64,000 bases of DNA from Neocallimastix sp. 'constans' (Eukaryota): assembly GCA_050613775.1 (NCBI GenBank), contig JBODTK010000001.1:1984001-2048000 (forward strand), in the 5' to 3' direction. This document shows, one piece after another, positions 1 through 14,965 of the stretch. The notes beneath the pieces were generated by a model, which saw nothing but the letters and a program-made list of their open reading frames with translations, was not told the origin of the DNA and did not search any database. Within the stretch, counting starts at the first letter, position 1; each line of letters begins with the position of its first letter. A program made the position numbers and the translations under genes.

Positions 1-632
1 CCTTCAATGTGATAAGCAATTTCTAATGGAAGAATTTTTAATACCTTTCCTGGAGCGGTAGTAATCAATGAATTAAAACGAGGGACATGTTGTACTAAAT
101 CTGCTAAATCATCATAATCCCAACCATATTCCCCTCTTAAAGCATGTCTAATGGAGATGATTAAAGCAATAACTAAACGCATAACCCCCTTCTTTAAATT
201 TAATTTTTCATCCTTCTTACGATCAAACTCATCAATTTCAATACTAATCCAAATATGACGAGAAATATTACGAGCTTGATTAAGCATACTTGCCCATGCC
301 TTTCTACCTTCCCAGAAACGATCATAAGCACTTGTATTACGGAACACAAGTAATAATGAAAGTACTAAACCTAAATAAGTTAAAAGAGAAGTTGGGAAAA
401 AGATATTACTAATCCATTCCTTTTCCTTAAAGAAATTATAAAACACCTTTAAGGCGGCAGTCCAAGCAGTAAATATAAGTACTGGTATATAAACTTTCGG
501 TATAACAGAACTTGAAAGCATAATAATGTGTTGCCAACTAACATTACCAGTTTGAGGAGGAATATACATTTTATTCTCTCTCTTCTTTTGCTTCTTGAGC
601 TTTTTAAGTTGAACAATTCTCTTCATCTTCAT
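1..632 (-). CDS. Bestrophin/UPF0187 (YneE-like) ion channel family protein, N-terminal part; runs off the window start
   Basis: Not in the ORF track because there is no stop in the window. Manual translation from ATG at 632: MKMKRIVQLKKLKKQKKRENKMYIPPQ...LLTYLGLVLSLLLVFRNTSAYDRFWEGRKAWASMLNQARNISR...IRHALRGE...LPLEIAYHIEG. LLVFRNxxAYDRFWEGRKxW is the bestrophin/UPF0187 signature. The start could instead be the ATG at 626 or the one near 569. Confidence 0.9.
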   Translation of the reverse strand, partial: MKMKRIVQLKKLKKQKKRENKMYIPPQTGNVSWQHIIMLSSSVIPKVYIPVLIFTAWTAALKVFYNFFKEKEWISNIFFPTSLLTYLGLVLSLLLVFRNTSAYDRFWEGRKAWASMLNQARNISRHIWISIEIDEFDRKKDEKLNLKKGVMRLVIALIISIRHALRGEYGWDYDDLADLVQHVPRFNSLITTAPGKVLKILPLEIAYHIE

Positions 633-830
633 CTTGGTAGCTATTTATTTATTTATTTATATTGATTTAAAAAAAATTTTTTTAATTATTTTTAAAAATA
701 ATTATATATAAATATAAAAAAAAAATATATTATATAAATATTTAGTACAAATAATGTTTTTTATTTATTAATATTTAAATTTAAATTTAAATTTTTTTAA
801 AAAAAAATGAAAAAAAAAAAAAGAAAAGCT

Positions 831-846
831 TTATATATATATAAAA
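831..846 (-). promoter_or_regulatory. Possible TATA element upstream of the bestrophin gene
   Basis: TATATATATATAAA on the minus strand about 200 bp upstream of the ATG. Such motifs are common in this AT-rich background. Confidence 0.25.
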
Positions 847-2904
847 GTTTGAAACTTTTTTTTTTTTTAATATTGATGATAATAATAATACTATTATTAC
901 TTTTATTTTGTGGTGTTTTATTATTATTTTTGTTTATTAAAAAAATTTTTTATCTATAGTGGAGTAGCGGCCTATCACTACTTTTTATCTATCGGTATAT
1001 CAATTTTTAATATAAAAATTTATATTCTTTTTTTATAAAAATAATATATATTAACTAAATATTTTTTTGATATATATAAGTTAAATACTGTATAATCAAC
1101 TACACTACATAAAAACTTGAAATATAACTTTAAAAACTTTTTTTTTTATTTTTTGATTACTTTATTTTTTTTTTAATTCTTCTTTCTGTTTATTTATTTC
1201 TCTTAAAAAAAAATAAAAAAATAATAAAAAAATAATTTACCTTTTTTTTTTATTTTTTTAATTAAAAAAAATATTTATACAGAATAATAAAAAAAATATG
1301 TATAAATTAAATAAATTGATTTTATAAATAAGTTATTTTCTGTTTTTTTTTTTATTTTTTATTATAAAAACAATGAAAATTTTATAAATATTTTATTATT
1401 GCGAAATGCTTTTTGATTTATTTTTTTTTTTTTTTTGATTTTTTTGATTTATTTAGTTTTTTTTGTTTGTTTGTTTTGCTTTTTTTCTTTAACTATACAA
1501 TTTTTTTTTTTTTTTTTTGTTTAAATAATTGATAATTATAAAAAATATATAAAAAAAAATATTATTTATATATTATTTAAAATTTTGTATAAAATAAATC
1601 TAAATATTAAAAATTAATCTTAAAAAAAAAATAAAAACTTTAAGCAATATAATATAAATTCTTTTTCTTTCTATAGATATATAAAAAAATTTTTTTCTTT
1701 AAATTTACTATAAGCTTAACTATTGATTTGTAATATTTATATTATTTTAATATTTAAAAAAAAAATAAAAAAAAATTTGATTATTATTTTGATTTTAATT
1801 TTTTTTTTTTTCTACTTTGTTATACTTTTTTAATATATAATTTAGTTTATATATTTATTTTTTTTTTATTTTTTTTTGGATTGATATTAAATATTTTATT
1901 TTATTTTTTTTTTGTTTGTTTGTTTTTTACAAAAATTTAAATATATTTATATTTTTTTAATATTTAGTTTTCCTCTTTAATTTATTTTATAACTTTTTTT
2001 TCGATTGAAATATGATTAATTAATTATTAAAAAATTAATTATCAATTATTTTATTTAAATATTTTTTTTCAAAAAATTTTTTCTTGCATATTTATTTATT
2101 TTATTTTTTTATACTTTTAATTTTTATTCTTTTTAATTTTTTTTTTTTTTTTTTTTTATATTTCTTATTTTTATTTTTTCTATTTTTTTTTTATCTTTTT
2201 AAAGTTTTTATTTTTATTTGAAAAAAAAAAAAAAATAAAATAAAATAAAACAAAATAAAATAACAAACCAATATTTTTTTTAAAACTTTTTTAGTTTGTT
2301 AAATATTAATAATGAATTTATAAATGAATTTAATTATTATTCAATTATTTATTAATTATTATTTATTAATTATTATTTATAATTTATTATTTATTATTTA
2401 TTATTATTCATAATTTATTAGTTTATTGATTATGATTTAAATTATTGAATATTATTAATTTATGATTAATTAATATATTATTTATTTATTTATTATTCAA
2501 CCATCTATTTAATTATTATTAGTTTCATTGAAGGATTTCCATCAAAAAAATTTTTTTAATAAACATATGAATAAAATGAATGAATGATTGATTTAAATAT
2601 TATTAATAAATAAATAAGTAAATAAATAAATGAATGAACAATTGTTTGATTTGCCGCTGTGCAAGTAATAAAATAAAATAAATCTAATTGTATATAATAA
2701 TATAATATAATATTATTAATATTAAATGAAATTAATTAATTTCATTATAATTATTTCATAATGAAGAAAAAAGAAAAAAAAATTTTTTTTATATTTATTT
2801 TATGTATTTATATTTATATATATATGTATATATTAATTATTCATTATATACTATTTAATATTATGATTTATTATTTTAATATTTTTTATTAAATAATATT
2901 CAAT

Positions 2905-3290
2905 ATTATTAGCATTATTATAAAATATTATTTATTATTATTTATTATTATTTATTATTATTTATTATTATTTATTATTATTTATTATTAGCATTATTAT
3001 AAAATACTATTTATTATTATTTATTATTATTTATTATTATTTATTATTATTTATTATTATTTATTATTATTTATTATTATTTATTATTAGCATTATTATA
3101 AAATACTATTTATTATTATTTATTATTATTTATTATTATTTATTATTATTTATTATTATTTATTATTATTTATTATTATTTATTATTATTTATTATTATT
3201 TATTATTATTTATTATTATTATTATTATTTATTATTATTATTATTATTTATTATTATTTATTATTATTTATTATTATTATCGTAATTATT
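2905..3290. repeat. (TTATTATTAT)n microsatellite with three interspersed TAGCATTATTATAAAATA(C/T)TAT units
   Basis: 10-bp periodicity is directly visible. The longer unit recurs near 2910, 2989 and 3088. Confidence 0.85.
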
Positions 3291-4579
3291 TATTATTATT
3301 ATCATAATTATTTATTATTATTACTATTAATTATTAATATTATTTAATATTATTAATTATGAAAAGAACGAATAAAAAAGATTTATTTCATTTAATAAAT
3401 GCTAAAACGATTTAATATTATTATTTAATTATTCTTATCACCATTTCATTATTTAATTATTTATTGCTATATTTATAAAACATTAATACTATTTTAGTAT
3501 AAAAATTTCTTTTATTTATTATCTATTATTATTAAAATTTCCATTTTATAATTAATTATTAGTATTATAATAATTTTTAACTAATAATTTTTATTATGAT
3601 TATTATTTTTATTATTATAATGATAATTATTATTATGATAATTATTATTATGATAATTATTATTTTAATTAAATTATTATTATTACTATTATTAATTTAT
3701 TTAGTATGATTATAATTAATAATTAGTGATGATTTAAGAAACTTAAAATTAGAAATAAATTGATTATTAATTTTGTATCAAATTTTAAAATAAACTATTA
3801 TACAATTATTTCCATATTTGTAAAATAAATAAAACTCTAATTTTTAATAGACTCTTTAATTTATTGCATATTATATATTAATTTATTATTTTAATATATT
3901 TAATTCATTTAAGCTTATCGTTCTTTCTTAGCTAATTTTATTGTATCTTATTTATTCATTTATTCATTGAATTATTTTATTTTTTATATATTGAAATATA
4001 TTATTTCTATTGATTTATATATAATTTATTTATTTAAAATATAAAATATTTATTTACTATTTAATGATTAAATATGAAATAAATTTAATTACACAACTAT
4101 TAATATTAATACTAATATATTATAAATATAATAAATATATATTAATATATATTAATATTAATATATAAAGAATTATATTTAGTTATTATCTGTATATTAT
4201 AATATATTATATATTTAATTGTAATATATTTATTGGATGACTATAAATTAAGTTTTATAAAGTTTAAATAAAAAGCTTTCATACATTTATATTTATAATA
4301 TTTATAATATTTATAATATTTATATTTATAATTTAATTCTTCCATAATAAATAAATTAATCCACTAAAAGGTGTTCTTTTTTTTTTTTTTTTTTACATTA
4401 GTTATCATTAAATAATCATTATATAATCTTAGTATAATAATAAGATAGTATAATTATATTGAATACTAAATAAATAAATAAATTCATTATCATTTTTTGA
4501 CCTTTCTTTTTTGGTTATTTAGCTATCCATTGATTTTTATTTAATTGAAATGATTTATCTAATATTTATTGATTCATTA

Positions 4580-4775
4580 AAATGGCATCATTATTATTAT
4601 TTTATTATAATTAAAAATTGGCATTATTATTATTTTATTATATTTAAAAATTGGCATTATTATTAATTAATTATATTTAAAAATTGGCATGATTATTATT
4701 ATTTAATTATATTTAAAAATTGGCATGATTATTATTATTTAATTATATTTAAAAATTGGCATTATTATTATTATT
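4580..4775. repeat. Short tandem array of about 32-41 bp units (TTAAAAATTGGCAT(T/G)ATTATT...)
   Basis: The (AAAT)TGGCAT core occurs about 6 times in about 190 bp. Confidence 0.8.
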
Positions 4776-5294
4776 ATTTTATATTTATTTATAAATGGAA
4801 TTATTTAATATTAATAAAAGTTATTTATTATATATTATTTTATGCTTATTATCATTTTATATTTTATTTTATTTTTTTATTTTATTATTATTATATTAAC
4901 TTTTTAAAAAAATTTTTTTTAAAGTTTTTGATTCCTATTCATAATAATAAATAATAATATTAAATAAGATTAAAAATATGATAAGATTATGATTATTATG
5001 AATATTATGAATAAATAATAATAAATGCCAATTTTTTGATGTCAGCCAATACATTTGTTGCATTTGAATCTATGATGATTTCATTTTTTTATCATTAAAA
5101 TCACGTTAAACCTTTTTTTCCTTAATAATTTCAAGACACTAATAATAATTAAGATTAAATAAAAATACAACAAATAAATGATTATTTAATTGAATAATTG
5201 AATAATTTTAATGATTAACGTTTATTATCCAATTACTAATAAAGAAAAAAAGTTTGGTCTTTGATTCTATTGTTATAAGTCTATGGCTATTTAT

Positions 5295-5339
<45 letters not shown>

Positions 5340-5342
<3 letters not shown>

Positions 5343-5428
5343 TTGAATATTCTTTTCTATTATTTTTTAATTAAAATATTATGAACTCTCTAAAAAAATT
5401 AATTATTGTCGATTTTATTTATTTATTC

Positions 5429-5463
<35 letters not shown>

Positions 5464-5550
5464 TTGAATATTCTTTTCTACTATTTTTTTAATTAAAATA
5501 TTACAGAACTCATTTATTTATTTATTTATTTATTTATTTATTCATTTATT

Positions 5551-5586
<36 letters not shown>

Positions 5587-5640
5587 TTGAATATTCTTTT
5601 CTATTATTTTTTAATTAAAATATTAAAGAACTCTCTAAAA
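5340..5640. repeat. Three about 120-bp-period duplications (TTTTGAATATTCTTTTCTA...AATTAAAATATTA..GAACTC)
   Basis: Near-identical blocks start at about 5341, 5462 and 5585. Confidence 0.8.
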
Positions 5641-7299
5641 TAAAACTAAATATAATCAATTTCACTAAAGTGACTCTTCAAATGTTTCTATTTATTATTC
5701 AATTATTTATTATTCAATTATTAATCATTCACCAACATTTTTTTTTTTTTTTAATTTTAACTTCTTATTATTATTTCTGACCAATAAATTTTGAATTAAA
5801 TAGTCATTATTATTTTATTTTTATTTTTATTTTTTTTAACACATTTTACCGATTCTTTTTTCCTTTTTAATTTTTTCCTTTTTTTTTCCCTTTTTTTTTA
5901 ATTTAATTTAATTTAATTTTCCATTGTATAATAAAATAAAATAAATTTAATTTTTAATTTAAATTAGAGACTAATATATATTTAATATATATTTTAAATT
6001 TTAAATAAAGCAATAATATAAATTTAATATATCTCAAATCAATTTTAGAACCTTTTCTATTTTATTTTTAATGTTTAATTTAAATTTTTTTTAGTAATTT
6101 ATTCATTTATTCATTTATTTTACTGGCATTCATTTGAAATGTTGAAAATAATGATGTAAGTATTGACGAGTTATTCACGTTCTTTTCATTTTAAAATTAT
6201 TATTGTTATTTTAATTATTATATATTACTTAGGTTATATATGGTATATTAGTTGTATATAATATTTCTATAATAATATATGTACTAGTATAGGCATTATA
6301 TTATTTAAATAAGATACTATTTATAAAATTTTATTCTGTATTTTATTATCTTTTTTGACTTTTTTTTTTTTCTTAGAAAAGATAAAGTTTAATCCTATAT
6401 TTCTTTAACCTTGTAATACCATGTTTTTATATAAAAGGTGAATGGTGAATGCTCCTATCATCTCTAGTTCATATATCTATTTCTATTTTTCTATTAATAT
6501 ATATATTTATTTATTTATTATTATTTATTTATTTATTTAGTTATTTAGCTTTTTCTATACAAATTATGACCTATCAATAACTAATGTTATTTTTTATGTG
6601 GTTTAATCATTATTATATGTGGTTAAACTAATTTAGTATCCATTTTATTATTAGCTTTTTTTTTTTTGTTTATTATTAAAAAAAGACAGTTAAATTATAA
6701 CTTTTTATATAAATAAATATAATTTATTATTAACTCTTTTTTTTTTGATTGAATATAAATATAAAAAATAATAATGAATGAGTGGTTATAACTGTTGGAA
6801 AAGACAAATAGAAATAAAAATAAATATATTTTTAAAAAATGTTAAAATTGTTCTTATTTAGATCTATATATTTATTTGCTATTATATAAAATAAAATAAA
6901 ATAAAATAAAAAAGTGAATGTCTTGGTTTGTAATGTATACTCTATGTTTGTATGTAACGTAATTGTAATTGTGGTTGGTGGTTAAATGATTATATTCTTA
7001 TTATTAAAGTTTTTAATTAAAAAAAAATTTTATTTTTATTTTTAATACATTAACTGATAAAATAAATGGATTAACAAATGATTTAAATTTTTATTATTCA
7101 TTGATGAAACTAATTTATACTGATTTTATTAATTATTTATTTTTTATTTTTTTTGATTTATTTATTTTTTAATTTATGAAATTTTAATGATTAATTTATT
7201 TGGATTTAAATTAATTTATTATAATTTATAATTTATAATTTATTTTCAATTATAATAAATAATTAATTTATTATCATTTATTATTTTATATAATTAATC

Positions 7300-8100
7300 A
7301 ATTATTATTATTATTTATTATTTATTATTAATGATGTATTATTATTAATGATGTATTATTTATTATTTATTATTTATTATTTATTATTCAATTATTTATA
7401 TTTATTATTCAATTATTTATATTTATTATTTATTATTTATTATTTATATTTATTATTTATTATTTATTATTTATATTTATTATTTATTATTTATTATTTA
7501 TTATTTATTATTTATTATTTATTATTTATTATTTATTATTTATTATTTATTATTTATTATTTATTATTTATTATTTATAATTTATAATTTATTATTTATT
7601 ATTTATTATTTATTATTTATTATTTATTATTAATGATGTATTATTTATTATTAATGATGTATTATTTATTATTAATGATGTATTATTTATTATTTATTAT
7701 TTATTATTTATTATTTATTATTTATTATTTATTATTTATTATTTATTATTTATTATTTATTATTCAAATATTTATTATTTATTATTTATTATTTATTATT
7801 TATTATTTATTATTTATTATTTATTATTTATTATTTATTATTTATTATTCAATTATTTATTATTTATTATTCAATCATTTATATTTATTATTCAATTTTT
7901 TATTATTTAATAATTTATTATTTATTATTCAATTATTTATTATTTTATTATTTATTATTTATTATTTATTCTTTATTATTTATTATTCAATTATTAATTA
8001 TTTATTATTTATTATTCAATCATTTATATTTATTATTCAATTTTTTATTATTTAATAATTTATTATTTATTATTCAATTATTTATTATTTATTTATTCAT
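7300..8100. repeat. (TTATTAT)n 7-bp microsatellite region
   Basis: The heptamer repeat produces the spurious YYLLFII ORFs. Confidence 0.9.
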
Positions 8101-10206
8101 AAAATTATTTCTTTTTATAGTAAATTCATATGAAGATGGTTTTTTTTTTTTTGATTAAAATTTTATTTTTAATCATTTCATTATTTATATTATATTGCTT
8201 TTTTCTTTTTTTTTTTTTTTTATTTTCATCTTATTATTATATATTACAAATAGTGGTCTATTCTTTTTCAGTTACTTATATAAAATATAAATAATTACTT
8301 TTTTTTTATGGAAAGTTTACTTACTACTTATTTTTTTATTGCTTTTATATTTATATATATAAATAAATGTTAAGAGTTATATTAGTATATTCTATTCTAT
8401 TCTATGAAATATATATATTAAGTCTGTTGATATTTTTTGATTAAAAATAATAAAAAATTTTTTTTATTATTCTATTCTATTGACTATATAAAAATGAGCT
8501 TATGAATATTTTAAATATTATAAAAACAAAATAATAATTTTTACAATAAAGAATTAAAAAAATAATTGCACGTTTTATTATATATTTAAATATAAAATAT
8601 TAATAAATAAGTGAATAAAAAAATGAATTTGATAATTAAAAAAAAAAAAAAAGAAAAAAAAAAAAGAGGGAATTCTTTTAATCTATATATATACTTCCAT
8701 TCTATAAGAAAGAAAAGAAGGGGAAAAAAAAAAGTAAAAATAAAATAAGAAATAAAATAAAGTAAAACTTAAATTAATTATTGGATTTTAAACTTTTTTT
8801 TATAAATAATAAATTATAGAATATAGAGTTTTTATTTTATTTATTTATTTTCATAATTTATACTTTTATTTTATTAATATTATATTTTATATATATATTA
8901 TATTTTATATATATATATTATATTTTATATATATATTATATATATATATATATTATATATATATATTATATTTTATATATATATTATATTTTATATATAT
9001 ATTATATTTTATATATATATTATATTTTATATATATATTATATTTTATATATATATTATATTTTATATTAATAAAAAGGTTGTTTTTTTTTTTTTATTGA
9101 TTTAAAAAATGTTTTTTTTAGCAAATTATCCTTAGAAATGCATTTAGTCCTTCTATAGTAATTAATTATTGAATATTAATTATTAATTCAAAGTAAAATA
9201 TTTGACACTAATTATTATTTATTCAATATTCAATATAAATTATTAAATATACAATATTAAATATAAAATATTAAATATTTAATAAAAAAGTACATTAATA
9301 TATTTTAATGTGAATTTTTTTTTTTTTGTTACAGTTAATTTTTTTTAATTTTATTTTATTTCAACTATAGTATAACTAGCTATAATATATGGTTTCTATG
9401 TATTAAAATATATTGATTCTATTTATTAATAATTCAATGGTTTTATATAGCTAAACTTTTTTTCTTATACAAACTAAATTTTAAATAATCATCATCATCA
9501 TAAATTTTATATATATATATTTACATATTCTGATATTTATATATTTATATTTATGCATATATTTATATTTTTATTAATAATTATTAATTATTTAAAAAAA
9601 AATAAAACAATTAAAAATTAAACATCTTTGCATATATATATAAAATATATAATATATAAAATATAAAATATATAAAATATATAATATATAAAATATAATA
9701 TTAAACATCCTTGCATATATATATAAAATATATAATATATAATATATAATATATAAAATGAATAATTAAATAATATATAAAATAAAATTTTAAATTAAGA
9801 ATTAAGCAATAAAAAATAAAAAAATTTCAAATTATATTAAATTTATTTTATTTTTCGTTATTTCATAAAGTTATTTATTGTAAATGGAAGAATAGTTAAT
9901 AATTTATAATTTATCTTCATCTAATAATTAAAATAAAATAAAATATAAAATAAAAATATAAAATATAAAATAAAATAAAAAATAAAAAAAAAAAAACATT
10001 TTATTAATGTAAAAAAACAAAAATAAAATAAAATAAAAATATATGAAATATAAAAAAAAAAAAAAAGAATATACCCTTTGAATTACAAAACAAGAACTAA
10101 AAAAAAAATAATGACATAGCATAACATATAACACAAAATATTAATAATTATGAAAATAAAAAAAAAAAAAAAACTTTATTAAAGTAACAACTAAAAATGA
10201 CAAAAA

Positions 10207-10237
<31 letters not shown>

Positions 10238-12642
10238 ATATTAATTTGCCTAGAAATAAATATATATAGTTAAATAATTAAAAATCATATAATTAAAAAG
10301 CTTCAATATATAATTTATTAATATTATTGTTGATACTGCTTATTAAATTAATTTTATTTTTATTCATTTAGTAATGAAATTTAGGTAAAATAAAGATTTT
10401 AACCTCTTTTGACTTTTTTTTTTTATTATTAATAATACAAGAAAAAAAATTATTTTTTTTTTCTATTTTTTTTTTTTTTTTATTATTATTCTAGATTTCT
10501 ATATTTTAATAAAATAATAAAAAATAATAATAAAAAAAAATATATATATATATCCTTCTATATGAACAATTACAATAATATTAAAAAAAAAAAAAAAAAA
10601 AGGAATTCTTCATATTCCATAAGCACTATATATGTTTTTATTAAAAAAATAAAAAAAATTTTTTAATGCTAATAAATAATATTTATCATAAATAAATAAA
10701 TATATATATAAATAACTTATTTTCCCCTTTCCCTTCAATTTACAATATCAAGTTTAAGTTTTTTTTTTAAAAATTATTATATTATTAAGTTAAAAAAAAA
10801 AATAAACCTTCTTTTTTTTCAATATATAAAATTTATACTAATTATCTATTGCCTACATAATAATTTTTATAATTATAATTTTTATTTATTATTTTAATTC
10901 CTTTATAACAATAATAATATAGAGGTTAAGAAGAGACAAATAGAATAGATTAGCTAATCCATGAATAGGGTAATTTATTAACAAACTAATTATTTGTTAT
11001 TTTATATTATCTATTGGCGTTATCAGATATTACATAAGTTATTGCATTAACACACACATTTTTTTATTTATTAATCAATGTATATAAATGTATTTAAATG
11101 TATATTAATGTATATAAATGTATGAAATAATTATTAATATACAAAGAAAAAAAAATTTTTTTTTTAATCTTTGTTTTATTTTCTATTTTTCTTTTTATCT
11201 TTCTATTTTTTCTATGAAATTTTTTTTTCCTTTAATTTTCTGTATTTTAATTATATTTTTATTATTTATTATTTAATTTTTTTAATTATTAATTCTTTTT
11301 TTTTTTTAATTTTTAATATGGGAAAATTACTACAGAACTTAACCTTTTTTTTTAAAAAAAAAAAAATTATTTTTCCTTTAATTATTATTATTTTTTATTT
11401 TATTTTTCCATTCTTTTCTTTTTTTATTTTTTTTTTTTTACTATTTTTCTATTTTTCTATAATTTCTCTCTTCTTTTTTTTTTTTTTTTAACGTAAAAAA
11501 AAAAAAAATTAACTAAATAAATAATCATAAAGAATTAAATAATTAAATATTAATAAATATTAGATCATCATTAATTATTATTAATAATTATACAGTAAAA
11601 ATAAATAAATAAATAAATAAAAATTTAAAGCAGATAAAAAAAAATTAAATATTATTAATTATTAATTTTGATCTTTAATTTTTTTTTTTTTTTTACTTTT
11701 ATTCAGTGTATTTATTGAATTGAATTTAAGCCATCTTTTATATGTATATATAATAACAAAAAAAGTTTTTTTTTTTTTATTTTCTTTAATTTTTATTTTT
11801 ATCTTAATTCTTATTTTTATTTGTAACAAGATTTAAATAATAATAATAATAATAATAAATTTTTTTTTTATTTTTTACTATTTTTTTTTTGTTTAATTTT
11901 AATTTTATTATAAGATAATAATAATAATAATAGTGGTTGCCCATAACATCTAACAATCTATTCATAATATTTATGAATAAAAAAGAAAATATTAAAATAA
12001 ATAGAAAGAATAAGTAAAAATAATGGTGGAAAAATGGATTATAAATAGTATTTGAGCTGTACTTTTATTTATTTTATTTATATACTATTTTAATCTATAA
12101 TAATGAATAATAATGAGTAATATATTATAATGAAATAACAAATAAAAAAAAAAAGATTAATTATTTTAATCAGTAAATAATTTTTTAATTATTCTTTATT
12201 ATTTATTATTTATTATTTATTATTTATTATTTATTATTTAGTCATTAACAATAATGCATTTTAATTAAAACAAATTTGTTTTTTAATTAAAAAATGTAAA
12301 AATTTAAAATATATATATATATATAAACCCTTTTTAATTAATACTAATTAAAAATTAAATTTTATATAAAGGTTTTTGTTTTTATTTTTTTGTAATTTTA
12401 TTATTAATAGGTATTTTTAGTTTTTCATTTTTTTTTTTTTTTTGTTTTTGTTATTTAAAATAATAATCACTTTACTTTGAATTAATTTTATTTTAAAAAA
12501 TAAATAATATAAATATATATATATAATTTTATAAATATATAAATTTTTATTTTTAGATGATAATATATCATTTCCATTTATCCTAAATAATAATTAATGA
12601 GAATATATCAATATTTATATGTATATATTAGCAATTAGGTTT

Positions 12643-12675
<33 letters not shown>

Positions 12676-12946
12676 TTTTTTTCGTTGATTATAATAAATA
12701 ATTTTTTACAAAAAAAAAATTATATATAAAAGAGAATAGAATAAATAATAGTAATTAAAATGAAATTTTAAAAATTTAAATTTTAATTATTTCATTTATT
12801 TTTTTTAATTTATGCAAAGTTATAAAAAAAACAAATTCATTATAGTTATAAAATATATCTTAAATATATATTAATATATTTAATATTTTTAAATTATATT
12901 TTAATATTTTTTTTTTATTATTATTCTCTTTTTATTTTAAACTTCA

Positions 12947-12986
<40 letters not shown>

Positions 12987-13169
12987 TATCATTATTACTT
13001 TATAATGATAAATTTGGATATAAAAAAATTAAAAAAAAAAAAGCTTAAAAAAAATTTTTATAAGAAAACAGCTTTATATATATATAATGTAAACTATATA
13101 ATAAAAAATATAATATATAAATGTATATATAAAAAGAATAAAAAAAAAAGTTAAACTTTAAAGATCATT

Positions 13170-13219
<50 letters not shown>

Positions 13220-13251
13220 AATTTTTTTTAATAAAATAATAAACAAATAAC

Positions 13252-13289
<38 letters not shown>

Positions 13290-13501
13290 TGAAATAAAGT
13301 AATATGATGAAATTGATAAAAACATTATGATTATTTTACGATTATTATACTTTTATCTTTTATATATAAACTATATAAATATAAAATTAGTAATAATTAA
13401 TGGATGAAAAAAAAAAATTATTTCACCATAGAATCTTAACCATCACCACCAACCAACTATCACCGTAAAACATTATTGAATTTCATTAACAATAAACTTT
13501 C

Positions 13502-13551
<50 letters not shown>

Positions 13552-13618
13552 ATTTTAAAGTTTATTATAAATAAAAAAAAGTTAAGTCTTAAATTTTTTT
13601 TTTTTTTAGGTTTTATAA

Positions 13619-13674
<56 letters not shown>

Positions 13675-13989
13675 AAAAATAAAATAAAATAAAATAAAAA
13701 ATATAATAATAAAATTAATAAATAATAAAATAAATATAAATTTAAAAAACTTTATTATTTATTATATATATATTTATTTATTCTAATATTTTTTTTTATA
13801 GATAGATTAATAAAATAAAATCAATTTATTTGGTTTGATTTGGTTTGATGGATGATCCACCAAAGCTTATCTTTTTTTTTTTTTTTTTTTTATAAATATT
13901 AGATATAGATATTGATTGATGAAGATTAAACATTAAAATAAATATAATTAAATTTCATTCATTTTTATTCAACACAAAAGTTCTCATAT

Positions 13990-14290
13990 ATAATAATAAT
14001 AAATAATAAATAATAAATAATAAATAATAAATAATAAATAATAAATAATAAATAATAAATAATAAAAAATAATAATAATTAAAAAAAATAATAATAAATA
14101 ATAAATAATAAATAATAAATAATAAATAATAAATAATAAATAATAAATAATAAATAATAAATAATAAATAATAAAAAATAATAATAAATAATAAATAATA
14201 AATAATAAATAATAAATAATAAATAATAAATAATAATAATAAATAATAAATAATAAATAATAAATAATAATAAATAATAATAAATAAAAA
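13990..14290. repeat. (AATAAAT)n 7-bp microsatellite
   Basis: Reverse complement of the heptamer at 7.3-8.1 kb. It yields spurious ORFs in all three minus frames. Confidence 0.9.
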
Positions 14291-14419
14291 AAATAATAAT
14301 ATATAATAATAGAAACACACAAAAAAAAAAAAAAAAAAAAAGTGAAAAATAAGTATATATATAGAGTTTTTTTTTATTTTGTTTGATTCCTTAATGTTAA
14401 ATGTAGTGATTTTTTTTAT

Positions 14420-14760
14420 CTAATTTGTACTTTAATTGTATTCATATTCTACTATTTATTTTATTTTATTTAATCTGTGTTTGATTGTATTCATATTCTA
14501 CTATTTATCCTTTTTTATTTTATTTTATTCAATTTGTACATTGCATCTATATTTCTCCTATTTATTCTTTTTTATTTTATTTTATTTTATTCAATCTCTA
14601 CTTTAATTTTATTCATATTCTACTATTTATTTTATTTTATTTAATCTGTGTTTGATTGTATTCATATTCAACTATTTATCCTTTTTTATTTTATTTTATT
14701 CAATTTGTATTTTACATCTATATTTCTCCTATTTATTCTTTTTTATTTTATTTTATTTTA
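14420..14760 (+). repeat. Diverged copies of the 41-bp minisatellite unit (ATTCATATTCTACTATTTATT...) belonging to a dispersed element family
   Basis: Units match the reverse complement of the 52018-52878 array. There is an internal about 170-bp duplication. Confidence 0.75.
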
Positions 14761-14829
14761 TTTTATATATATATATATATATATATATTTACGATTTTAT
14801 TAGCCCTACCAAAAAAGCAAAAACATAAA

Positions 14830-14860
<31 letters not shown>

Positions 14861-14928
14861 TACATATTTGAAAAAAATTTTTTCAAAAAAGAAGGGGTAT
14901 GAAAGTTATTATCGTCTTCTACTCTTTG

Positions 14929-14965
<37 letters not shown>

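Noticed and set aside
7348..14322. Short F/I/L/Y-rich ORFs (7348, 7633, 9928, 11171, 13955-14322)
   Set aside because: They are products of T-rich microsatellites and homopolymers, with no coding-like complexity.
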